Source of the DNA: Chloroflexota bacterium
GTDB lineage: Bacteria; Chloroflexota; Dehalococcoidia; UBA2979
Assembly (NCBI GenBank): GCA_009837285.1
Contig: VXTU01000042.1
Span: 1 to 56,098, forward strand
Direction: 5' to 3'
Length of the DNA: 56,098 nucleotides
The notes beneath the pieces are model-generated. The model was not told the DNA's origin. It worked only from the letters and a program-made list of their open reading frames with translations, and made no database searches. Shown in pieces: positions 18,265 to 26,770 of this stretch. The position numbers and the translations under genes are program-made. The stretch's first letter is position 1; each line of letters begins with the position of its first letter.

Positions 18265-18426
18265 CGGTCTGCTCCCGGCCGGTGGTGGGGGCGCTGGGGA
18301 GTGACTTCGATCGTATCCGCTGACAGGCGGCGACGCGAGGGGCGTACGCGGCTATGGTGCGACCTGTTATTTCGCCCATATAGTGGGCGCATCGGGTTTC
18401 CGCTCGGCACCAACGCGAGGCATCCC

Positions 18427-18714
18427 CTGGAACTCACCACCGACGACGTACGCCACATCGCGCAGCTCGCCCGCGTCGCGCTCAGCGACGAGGATGTCGA
18501 GCGCTTCCGCGCCGAGCTGTGGAGCATCCTCGAGCACTGCCAGGCACTGAACGAGGTCGACACGGCCGACGTGCCTCCGACGGCGCAGTCGTTCAACCTC
18601 GTGAACGTCGAGCGCGATGACGAGCCTGGGCCCGCTGACTCGACCGACGACGTCCTGGCGAATGCCCCGCGCCGTGAGGCGGACTACTTCCGCGTCCGCG
18701 CGGTACTCGACTAG
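18427..18714 (+). CDS. gatC: Asp/Glu-tRNA amidotransferase subunit C; probable CTG start
   Basis: LTTDDVRHIAQLARV, LNEVDTADVPPT, LANAP..YFRV; directly upstream of gatA. Confidence 0.9.
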   Translation: MELTTDDVRHIAQLARVALSDEDVERFRAELWSILEHCQALNEVDTADVPPTAQSFNLVNVERDDEPGPADSTDDVLANAPRREADYFRVRAVLD

Positions 18715-18721
18715 GCGCTCC

Positions 18722-20263
18722 GTGAGCCCGGACTCCCCCGGCGACAGCGCTCCCATCGACCTCGATCGAGCCGCCCACGAGCACGCCGCCGCGCTGCGGG
18801 CCGCCGAGTACACCGCGCGCGCCCTCGCCGAGGCGACGCTCGACCTCGTCGAGGCGCAGGAGCCGGCGCTCAACGCGTACGTCTCGCTCACGCGCGAGGA
18901 GGCGCTCGCGCAGGCCGACGCCGCCGATGCGCGCCTCCGCGCCGGGGACGCCGCCCCGCTGACCGGCATCCCGGTCGCGCTGAAGGACGTGCTCTCCACA
19001 CGTGGGGTCCCGACCACGGCCGGCTCGCACATGCTTGAAGGCTTCGTACCGGTCATCGACGGCACGGTCGTCGCGAGGCTGCGTGAGCAGGGCGCGGTGT
19101 TCGTCGGCAAGGCGAACATGGACGAGTTCGCGATGGGCTCCTCCACCGAGCACTCGGCCTACGGCGCGACGCGCAACCCGTGGGACCTCGACCGCGTGCC
19201 GGGCGGCTCCTCGGGCGGCTCTGCGGCCACCGTCGCCTCCGGCGGCGTGCCGATCTCGCTCGGGACGGACACCGGTGGTTCGATCCGCCAGCCGGCGGCT
19301 CTGACCGGCATCCTCGGCCTCAAGCCCACGTACGGCCGCGTGAGCCGCTACGGCGTCGTGGCCTTCGCCTCGTCGCTGGAGCAGGTCGGCCCCTTCGGCC
19401 GCGACGCCCGTGACGTGGCGACGCTGCTGGGCGCCATCGCCGGCCACGACCCGAACGACTCGACCACCGCCATGGCGCCGGTGCCCGACTACCTCGGCTC
19501 GCTCGATCGCGGTCTCGACGGGCTGCGCGTCGGCGTCCCCGCCGAGGCAATGTCCGAGGGCGTCGAGGACGGTGTGCGCGAGGCCTTCGAGCAGGCGGTG
19601 GGCGCGCTGGAGGCGGCCGGTGCCCAGGTCGACCGCGACGTGGAGCTGCCGTCGATCGAGGTAGCGCTGTCGGCGTACTACATCATCGCCCCCGCCGAGG
19701 CCTCGGCGAACCTCGCGCGCTACGACGGCGTGAAGTACGGCTACAGCTTCCACGAAGGCGACTCGATGTGGGAGGAGATGGAGCAGACGCGCGGGCGCGG
19801 CTTCGGCGACGAGGTGAAGCGCCGGATCATGATCGGGACGTACGCGCTGTCAGCCGGGTACTACGACGCCTACTACCTCCAGGCACAGAAGGTGCGGACC
19901 GTCATCCGCCGCGAGTTCGACGCTGCGTTCGCCGACCACGACGTGATCGTCACCCCGACATCGCCGGGCGTGGCGTTCCCCCTCGGCGCGAAGCTCGACG
20001 ACCCGCTGGCGATGTACCTCAATGACCTGTTCACGATCCCCGTGAACATCGCTGGCAACCCGGGGCTGAGCGTCCCGTGCGGGTTCTCGGAAGGCTTGCC
20101 GGTCGGCCTGCAGCTCATCGGCGCGCCCTTCGCCGAGGCGACGCTTCTTCGGGCGGCGCACGCGTTCGGCGATGTCACGGACTGGCACGCGCGCAGGCCG
20201 CCGCCTACGACGATGTTGCGAGATACTGTTTCGCACGTGGTGGGTGATGGAGGCGCTTCGTGA
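18722..20263 (+). CDS. gatA: Asp/Glu-tRNA amidotransferase subunit A
   Basis: GIPVALKD, NMDEFAMGSS, PGGSSGGS, GTDTGGSIRQP, NLARYDGVKYG, EVKRRIMIGTYALSAGYYDAYY. Confidence 0.97.
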   Translation: MSPDSPGDSAPIDLDRAAHEHAAALRAAEYTARALAEATLDLVEAQEPALNAYVSLTREEALAQADAADARLRAGDAAPLTGIPVALKDVLSTRGVPTTAGSHMLEGFVPVIDGTVVARLREQGAVFVGKANMDEFAMGSSTEHSAYGATRNPWDLDRVPGGSSGGSAATVASGGVPISLGTDTGGSIRQPAALTGILGLKPTYGRVSRYGVVAFASSLEQVGPFGRDARDVATLLGAIAGHDPNDSTTAMAPVPDYLGSLDRGLDGLRVGVPAEAMSEGVEDGVREAFEQAVGALEAAGAQVDRDVELPSIEVALSAYYIIAPAEASANLARYDGVKYGYSFHEGDSMWEEMEQTRGRGFGDEVKRRIMIGTYALSAGYYDAYYLQAQKVRTVIRREFDAAFADHDVIVTPTSPGVAFPLGAKLDDPLAMYLNDLFTIPVNIAGNPGLSVPCGFSEGLPVGLQLIGAPFAEATLLRAAHAFGDVTDWHARRPPPTTMLRDTVSHVVGDGGAS

Positions 20264-21498
20264 CCAGTCCCGCCCGCACCCTGCAGTCAGCCGACGTACC
20301 CGGGTCGGGGCACCGCGCACGGCGCGGGAGCAACTCGGCGACGGTTGACGGTCTTCCCTCCTCGGGTATTCGGCGCTTCTTCGAGCTGCTCGACGAGGCC
20401 CAGGGTGTTATCTCGCTCGCGGTGGGCCAGCCCGACTTCCCCACGCCGGCGCAGATCACCAACGCCGCCTCGGACGCCATGCTCGCCGGCCACACCGGCT
20501 ACACCAGCAACTACGGCCTCCCCGAGCTGCGCGAGCGGCTGAGCAACCACATCAACCGGCTCTACGGCGTCCGCTACAACCCGGCCCGCGAGATGATGAT
20601 GACCACGGGCGTCTCCGAGGCGCTCGACCTCGCGATGCGCGCGCTCCTGGACCACGGCGACGAGGTGCTCGTGCCGGAGCCTGCGTACGTCGCGTACCAG
20701 CCCGTCGTGCTGCTCGCCGGCGGCCACTACGTGCCGGTCCCCACCACGCCCGAGGCCGACTTCATGGTCACCGTCGGGGCGCTCGAGGAGCGCCTGACGC
20801 CCGCGACGAAGGCGATCCTGCTGGGCTACCCCTCGAACCCCACGGGCGCCGTGCTGGAGCGCCCCACGATGGAGGCCATCGCACGCTTTGCCGCGGAGCA
20901 CGACCTGTTCGTCATCGCCGACGAGCTCTACGACCGTCTCGTGTACGGCATCGACCACGTCTGCTTCCCGTCGCTCGACGGGATGTGGGAGCGCACGATC
21001 CTGCTCGGCGGCTTCTCGAAGGCGTATGCGATGACCGGGTGGCGGCTCGGCTACGCCGCCGCTCCCCCCGACATCCTCGAGGCGATGATGAAGGTCCACC
21101 AGTACGTGATGATGTCGGCGCCGACGGCCGCGCAGTACGCGGCCGTCGAGGCGCTCGACAGCGGCGAGGAGGACGTGCGCGGCATGCTCGCCGAGTACGA
21201 CCGCCGCCGCCGCATGGTCGTCGACCGGCTCAACGCGATGGGCCTCGACACGGTCGAGCCTCGAGGCGCGTTCTACGCCTTCCCCGACATCCGCTCGACC
21301 GGCCTCGACGACTTCACGTTCGCCGAGACGCTGTTGGCCGAGGAGCACGTGGCGGTGGTGCCGGGCTCGGCCTTCGGCGAGAGCGGCACGGGGTTCGTGC
21401 GCATCTGCTACGCCGCCGACTACGACGACATCGTGGAGGCGATGGACCGCACGGAGCGCTTCGTCGCGCGCCGGCGGTCGGCGGACGGGGCGTCGTGA
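20260..21498 (+). CDS. PLP-dependent aminotransferase class I/II
   Basis: ISLAVGQPDFPTP, YPSNPTG, ADELY, FSKAYAMTGWRLGY, PRGAFY. Confidence 0.95.
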   Translation: MTSPARTLQSADVPGSGHRARRGSNSATVDGLPSSGIRRFFELLDEAQGVISLAVGQPDFPTPAQITNAASDAMLAGHTGYTSNYGLPELRERLSNHINRLYGVRYNPAREMMMTTGVSEALDLAMRALLDHGDEVLVPEPAYVAYQPVVLLAGGHYVPVPTTPEADFMVTVGALEERLTPATKAILLGYPSNPTGAVLERPTMEAIARFAAEHDLFVIADELYDRLVYGIDHVCFPSLDGMWERTILLGGFSKAYAMTGWRLGYAAAPPDILEAMMKVHQYVMMSAPTAAQYAAVEALDSGEEDVRGMLAEYDRRRRMVVDRLNAMGLDTVEPRGAFYAFPDIRSTGLDDFTFAETLLAEEHVAVVPGSAFGESGTGFVRICYAADYDDIVEAMDRTERFVARRRSADGAS

Positions 21499-22226
21499 CC
21501 TCGCTGCCGGGAGGCGGCCCGCCGCCTCCTCCGCCGGACGACCTCGTCTTGTCCATCGAGAACGTCAACGCGCGTCCCGGCGAGGCGCCGGGCGAGCTCG
21601 ACGTCGAGATCGAGACCACGCGCGGCCAGATCCGCGGCACCCTGCACCCCTGTGAGGGCAAGACCGGCTGTGTCATCTACGTCGGCGGCGCCGCGGCCGG
21701 CAACGCCGAGGGCCCCGCGGACTCGGTCTACCTGCGGCTCAGCCGGGAGCTCATCGCACGCGGCGTCACCTCCATGCGCATCCACTACCGCGAGCCGGGG
21801 GAGTTCACTGAGTGTGTCCTCGACACGCTCGCGGCGTGCTCGTTCCTGCGCGGCATCGGCGCGGAGCGCGCGGTGCTCGTCGGGCATTCGTTCGGTGGCG
21901 CGGTGGTGATCAAGGCGGGGGAGCTCGCCCCGCTGGCGACGGCGGTCGCGGCTCTCTCTGCGCAGCGCCACGGCACGCAGGAGGTGGAGAAGCTGGGCAA
22001 GCCGCTGCTGCTCGTCCACGGCTCGGCCGACCGGGTGCTGCTCCCCGAGGCGTCCGAGGACATCTATGGTCGTGCACAGGAGCCGAAGCGCATCGAGATC
22101 CTCGAGGGCGGTGGCCACGCCCTGACCGAGGTCGCCGACGAGGTCCGCGCGCTCCTCGGCGACTTCATCGCCACCGCCGTCGGCGACCCCGCGCCCCCGA
22201 ACGGGGAGCCGTCGAACGGGGCTTAG
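21495..22226 (+). CDS. Alpha/beta hydrolase
   Basis: GHSFGG nucleophile elbow, PLLLVHGSAD, GGGH; GTGA overlap with the aminotransferase stop. Confidence 0.88.
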   Translation: MTSLPGGGPPPPPPDDLVLSIENVNARPGEAPGELDVEIETTRGQIRGTLHPCEGKTGCVIYVGGAAAGNAEGPADSVYLRLSRELIARGVTSMRIHYREPGEFTECVLDTLAACSFLRGIGAERAVLVGHSFGGAVVIKAGELAPLATAVAALSAQRHGTQEVEKLGKPLLLVHGSADRVLLPEASEDIYGRAQEPKRIEILEGGGHALTEVADEVRALLGDFIATAVGDPAPPNGEPSNGA

Positions 22227-22242
22227 CCTCGACGCGCGGTCC

Positions 22243-22641
22243 TCACGGCGGCGTCCCGGAGTTGGCGGCCGCGGTCGCGAGCGCCTCGTCGAACGTCTCG
22301 ATCTCGTGCACACCGCGCCTGCGGCAACTCGCGAGGTGGCACAGATCGCGGGCGGCCAGCGTCGGATGGAGCCGCTCCAACTGACGAGCCAGTTCGACGT
22401 CGGCCGGTTCGAGCGCCCAGACCTCCTTCATGGCACGGGACACGAGCGTCATCGCCTCATCGAGTTCCCGATACCGCTTGGGTCGCAGGTACACGTGAAG
22501 GAGCTCCTGCAGGACCTCGGCCGACGTGTAGAGGGGGACTTGATCGCGGCGGGCTTCAACGAAGAAGGCCTGCGCCGGCTCGCGCCGCGGATGGTCGCGT
22601 CCGACTGCATACACGAAGACGTTTGTGTCGACGAAGGTCAC
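22243..22641 (-). CDS. vapC: VapC PIN-domain toxin
   Basis: FVDTNVFVY, TSAEVLQE, ARDLCHLA, TFD. Confidence 0.93.
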   Translation of the reverse strand: MTFVDTNVFVYAVGRDHPRREPAQAFFVEARRDQVPLYTSAEVLQELLHVYLRPKRYRELDEAMTLVSRAMKEVWALEPADVELARQLERLHPTLAARDLCHLASCRRRGVHEIETFDEALATAAANSGTPP

Positions 22642-22913
22642 GCGTCAGCGATGCCCCGGAGTTGCGATTCGCGCATGACGGCGAGGTGCTCCTCCCAATC
22701 CGGTTCGCGGCCGGGCCCAGCGTTCGCGTTGCTCTCCCGGAAGAACGCCTCGAGTTCCTCGGGCGATTCGAACGGCTTCGCGGCTTGCCGGGCCTCAAGG
22801 CACTCGTGCGCGGCTGCGCGCAGCCAAGCGCTCAGTGTCATGCCCTCGCGTTTGGCCTGGGAGAAGAACCGGTCACGGTCCTCGTCGGGAATGATGATCT
22901 GGACGCGCGCCAT
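22638..22913 (-). CDS. VapB-type antitoxin (ribbon-helix-helix N-terminus)
   Basis: MARVQIII..AKREGMTLSAWLRAA; GTGA overlap with vapC; GGAGAGG RBS. Confidence 0.85.
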   Translation of the reverse strand: MARVQIIIPDEDRDRFFSQAKREGMTLSAWLRAAAHECLEARQAAKPFESPEELEAFFRESNANAGPGREPDWEEHLAVMRESQLRGIADA

Positions 22914-22929
22914 GTGCCGTCCTCTCCGA

Positions 22930-22948
22930 TGTGTATTCATCATACACA
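22930..22948 (-). promoter_or_regulatory. Palindromic operator overlapping the vapBC -10 box
   Basis: TGTGTAT-TCATC-ATACACA; minus-strand TATGAT at 22939-22944. Confidence 0.65.
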
Positions 22949-23039
22949 CGCCGGTTCGGTTGCGGGGGGCCCCGATGGGACCAAGTCTTCGCTCCCATTT
23001 AGCGGCACCCGTAGCGAAGACTTTGCGCCGTGCAATCCG

Positions 23040-24113
23040 TCAGCCGTCGAGGTAGTTGAGGCCCAGCGCCGACCGCACGTCCGCCATCGTGTCCTGGGCG
23101 ACGGCGCGGGCGTGCTCCGTGCCGCGTCCGAGCGCTTCGCGCACCTCGTGCGGGTTCGCCTCGTAGTGGGCTCGGCGCTCGCGGATCGGGTCGAGGAAGG
23201 TGTTGAGCACAGCCGCCAGCTTCTGCTTCACCTCGACGTCGCCGACGTTGCCCGTGCGGTAGCGCTCCTTGAGGTCGTCGACCTCCTCGGTGTCGGGGTT
23301 GAAAGCGTCGTGGTACATGAAGACGGGGTTGCCCTCGACGTGGCCGGGGTCAGTGGCGCGCAGCCGCGTCGGGTCCGTGTACATGCGCATCACCTTGCGC
23401 TCCACCGTCTCGGCGTCGTCCTTGAGGTCGATGGTGTTGCCGACCGACTTGCTCATCTTGGCGTTGCCGTCGGTGCCGACGAGCCGCGGCACGCGGCCGA
23501 CGAGGCCACGCGGCTCGGGGAAGACCTCGCCGAAGCGCCGGTTGAAGCGCCGCGCCGTCTCGCGCGTCATCTCGATGTGCGGGAGCTGGTCCTCACCCAC
23601 GGGCACGAGGTGCGCGCGCGGCATGAGGATGTTGGCGACCTGCATGATGGGGTAGGTGAAGAACGCCACCGGCACCGCGCCGCGCTCGCGCACGACTTGC
23701 CGCTTGCCCTCCCGCTCGGTGTCCTCGAACGACATGCCGCGCTCCTCGAGCTCGTCCATCTCGGCCTTGAGCGTCGGGTTGCGTTCGAGGCGGCCCATGC
23801 CGATGAACCAGCTGAGCAGCGTGGTGAGTTCGGCGTGCTCGGGGATGAGGCTCTCGATCACGAAGTGCGACCGGTCGGGGTCGAGCCCGACAGCGAGCCA
23901 GTCCGTGGCGACCTCGATCACGGCCTCGCGGACGCGGTCGATGTCGTCGGCGTGGTCGGAGACCTGGTAGTCGGCGATGAGGAAGTGGCAGTCGTACTCG
24001 TCCTGGAGCCGGATCCAGTTCTCGAGCGCGCCGGCGTAGTGGCCCAGGTGCAGGGCCCCGGTGGGCCGCACCCCGGTCAGGATCCGCTGCCTGTCGTCGG
24101 CGTCCGTCGTCAT
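23040..24113 (-). CDS. trpS: Tryptophan--tRNA ligase
   Basis: TGVRPTGALHLGHY, YPIMQ, VPVGEDQLPHIE, KMSKS. Confidence 0.97.
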   Translation of the reverse strand: MTTDADDRQRILTGVRPTGALHLGHYAGALENWIRLQDEYDCHFLIADYQVSDHADDIDRVREAVIEVATDWLAVGLDPDRSHFVIESLIPEHAELTTLLSWFIGMGRLERNPTLKAEMDELEERGMSFEDTEREGKRQVVRERGAVPVAFFTYPIMQVANILMPRAHLVPVGEDQLPHIEMTRETARRFNRRFGEVFPEPRGLVGRVPRLVGTDGNAKMSKSVGNTIDLKDDAETVERKVMRMYTDPTRLRATDPGHVEGNPVFMYHDAFNPDTEEVDDLKERYRTGNVGDVEVKQKLAAVLNTFLDPIRERRAHYEANPHEVREALGRGTEHARAVAQDTMADVRSALGLNYLDG

Positions 24114-24159
24114 GGCGACGAGGGTAGCGGGGCGCGGGGTAGGGGGCGAGGGTGCTGAG

Positions 24160-24621
24160 TCAGGCGCTCGACCCACCGCGCCGCGAGCGGCTCTTGGGCA
24201 GTGGGTCATCGAGCGACAGCGCGAACACGCCGCCACCGATGTCGTCGAGCCGGAACGTGTGGTTCTCGTCAGGCAGGACGCCGTAGTAGGCGAGGACCGC
24301 CCGGGCGTACATCGAACGGCTGCCCGTGTCCGCGCCCTCGGGCGTGCGCGAGGGCCGGAGCAGGATCGCTCCAGCCTCATCCCTCAGCGAGGCTCGCAGT
24401 CCGATTTGCCCCTGCTCCGCGTCATATCCGACGCGGATCGCCGGGGGATCGCCGAGCGCCTGCACTGCCACGTCGTTGAGCGTCATCGATCCGGACTTCG
24501 TCAGGGAGCACGTCGGGAACGACCGCGCGCCGCGCGTGCCTCCCTCGAACCAGTCGAAGCGACTGACCGGGGTCGGGCCATCGTGTTCACTCGTCGCTTG
24601 TTCTGCTTCTGCCAGCACCAT
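24160..24621 (-). CDS. Hypothetical beta-rich protein
   Basis: 153-aa ORF filling the trpS-argS gap, with GAGGTG RBS and its own promoter. Confidence 0.75.
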   Translation of the reverse strand: MVLAEAEQATSEHDGPTPVSRFDWFEGGTRGARSFPTCSLTKSGSMTLNDVAVQALGDPPAIRVGYDAEQGQIGLRASLRDEAGAILLRPSRTPEGADTGSRSMYARAVLAYYGVLPDENHTFRLDDIGGGVFALSLDDPLPKSRSRRGGSSA

Positions 24622-24641
24622 GCATCACCACCTCTGACACC

Positions 24642-24669
24642 ATTCTGATGCCTGGGGAGAGCATGTCAA
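24642..24669 (-). promoter_or_regulatory. Sigma70-type promoter of the 24160-24621 gene
   Basis: TTGACA (24669-24664), 16-nt spacer, CAGAAT (24647-24642). Confidence 0.55.
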
Positions 24670-24774
24670 GACAATCTCTGTCGTTCCCTCTGCATTCCCA
24701 CAGCACATGAAGCGACGAGGCCGGGGACGTTAGAGCATACGAGGACCGGGTCGCGGGAACCTCGGGCGAGGCGG

Positions 24775-26436
24775 CTACATCCGCTCCGGCGCCGAGATGC
24801 CCATCAACCCCAGCGTGCGGGCGAGGGCGATGCGTGTGGCTTCGAGGAGGAGCAGGCGTGCGCGACTCAGTGCCTCGTCGTCGCCGAGGACGCGGCACTG
24901 CGTGTAGAAGACGTGGAACGACTGCGCCAGCTCCTGCGCGTAGTGCGGCAGGCGGTGCGGCGCCAACTCCTCCACGACCTCCTCGAGCACCTCCGGTAGC
25001 AGCAGCAGCTTGCGGATCAGCGCCTGCTCGGCCTCGTGCGTGAGCAGCGAGGGGTCGGCGCCCTCCGCCGACAGGCCCTGCTCGTCGGCGTTGCGCAGCA
25101 CGCCGGCGATGCGCGCGTGGGCGTACTGCACGTAGTAGACGGGGTTCTCGTCGGTCTCCCGCTTCGCCAGCTCGAGGTCGAAGTCCATCGCCGAGCCCGC
25201 CGAGGAGAGCAGGAAGAAGAAGCGCGCCGCGTCGCGGCCGACCTCGTCGACGACCTCGCGCAGCGTCACGATCTCACCGGCGCGCTTGGAGAGCGGCACC
25301 ACCGCGCCGCTGCGCTTCAGGGTCACGAGCTGGTAGAGCAGCACATCGAGGGCGTCGCCGTCGCCGCCGGTGGCGGTGATCCCGGCCTTCACGCGCGAGA
25401 CATGGCCCTGGTGGTCGGCGCCCCAAACGTCGATGACGCGGTCGAAGCCGCGCAGGATGAACTTGTCGTAGTGGTAGGCGATGTCCGTGGCGAAATACGT
25501 CGGGACGCCGTCGGAGCGGATGAGCACGTTGTCCTTCGACTCGCCGAGCTGTGAGGAGGCGAACCACACGGCGCCCTCGCGCTCCACGATGTGGCCCTGC
25601 TCGCGCAGCAGCGCCAGCACGTGGTCGTAGGGGCCACCCTCGCGCTGTAGCGAGCGCTCCTCGAACCACCGGTCGTACTCGACGCCCATCGCGGCGAGGT
25701 CCTCGCGGATCTGCTCGACCATGAGGCGGATGCCCTCGTCGCCGAGCTGGGGGTCGGGGGGTTCGCCCTCGGGGCGAAGGAAGCCGTCGCCGTGCTCGTC
25801 GCGGATGCGGGCGGCGATGTCGCGCATGTACTCGCCCGGGTAGCCGTTCTCGGGGATCTCGGCGTCGCGGCCGAAGAGCTGCTCGTAGCGCGCGTAGAGC
25901 GTGCGGGCGAACACGCCGACCTGAGAGCCGGCGTCGTTGATGTAGTACTCCTCCTGCACCTCGTGGCCGGTCGCGCGCAGCACGTTGGCGAGGGTCGAGC
26001 CGATCGCGGCCCCTCGGCCGTTGCCGACGTGGATCGGGCCGGTCGGGTTGGCGGAGACGTACTCGACCTGCGTCTTCGTGCCGCCGCCGATGTCGAGCGG
26101 CGGCCACGCCTCGCCGGTGCCGGCAATCGCGCGTGCCTGGTCGGCCACCCAGCCGGGGTCGAGGTAGAGGTTGAGGAAGCCGGGTGGTGCGACGCGCACC
26201 TCGGTGACGGCCGGATGCGCCGGTACGCGCGCTCGCAGCGCCTCGGCGACGTCGAGCGCCTTCATGCGCGCCATGCCCTGGATGCGGAGCGGGAGGTTGG
26301 CGGCGAAGTCGCCGTGCTCGATGCGCTGCGGGTGCTCGAGTGTCACGTCGGGCGCGGCGAACGCGGGCAGGTCGCCGGCGTCCTGTGCGGCGGCGAGGGC
26401 CTGTTGGACGAGTTCGCGCAGTTCGTCTCGAATCAC
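24775..26436 (-). CDS. argS: Arginine--tRNA ligase
   Basis: VEYVSANPTGPIHVGNGRGA, EYYINDAG, WGADHQG, LSKRAG, NPVYYVQYAHARI, MGISAPERM. Confidence 0.98.
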   Translation of the reverse strand: MIRDELRELVQQALAAAQDAGDLPAFAAPDVTLEHPQRIEHGDFAANLPLRIQGMARMKALDVAEALRARVPAHPAVTEVRVAPPGFLNLYLDPGWVADQARAIAGTGEAWPPLDIGGGTKTQVEYVSANPTGPIHVGNGRGAAIGSTLANVLRATGHEVQEEYYINDAGSQVGVFARTLYARYEQLFGRDAEIPENGYPGEYMRDIAARIRDEHGDGFLRPEGEPPDPQLGDEGIRLMVEQIREDLAAMGVEYDRWFEERSLQREGGPYDHVLALLREQGHIVEREGAVWFASSQLGESKDNVLIRSDGVPTYFATDIAYHYDKFILRGFDRVIDVWGADHQGHVSRVKAGITATGGDGDALDVLLYQLVTLKRSGAVVPLSKRAGEIVTLREVVDEVGRDAARFFFLLSSAGSAMDFDLELAKRETDENPVYYVQYAHARIAGVLRNADEQGLSAEGADPSLLTHEAEQALIRKLLLLPEVLEEVVEELAPHRLPHYAQELAQSFHVFYTQCRVLGDDEALSRARLLLLEATRIALARTLGLMGISAPERM

Positions 26437-26591
26437 AGTGGGGACAGTCTATCGCGGGGGGCAGTGGGGGTCAGGATGGGAGGGTGATTCCGCATAATCT
26501 GGGTCGTATGACGTTACGGATGGTCGCGGTCGGTATCTGATAAGCTGTCTAGTGAGAATCTCCCCAGCGACATTAGGCAAATGTTACGTTG

Positions 26592-26732
26592 GTGAAGATT
26601 CCTCGCCCTCAGCCCTCGTCCCTTCGAGACGTCGCTGCCCTCGCTGCAGGGATTGGTGTGTTCCTTGGCGGTATCGGCGGACTGCTAGCAGGTGTCGCAG
26701 CTTGGCATCAGGCTGGCCTGTGGCCGTGGTAA
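26592..26732 (+). CDS. 46-aa single-TM glycine-zipper microprotein (below the ORF-track cutoff)
   Basis: GTG..TAA encodes MKIPRPQPSSLRDVAALAAGIGVFLGGIGGLLAGVAAWHQAGLWPW; alternative TTG start at 26589. Confidence 0.55.
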   Translation: MKIPRPQPSSLRDVAALAAGIGVFLGGIGGLLAGVAAWHQAGLWPW

Positions 26733-26770
26733 GAGTAAGGCAAGCCAGCGAGCAGTAGGCGGCCGCCGAA

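Noticed and set aside
18373-18389. NrdR-box-like CCACTATAT on the minus strand
   Set aside because: Only one half matches and the flanking genes are unrelated to nucleotide reduction
18427-20263. gatB missing from the gatCA operon
   Set aside because: Split gat operons are common; not evidence of loss
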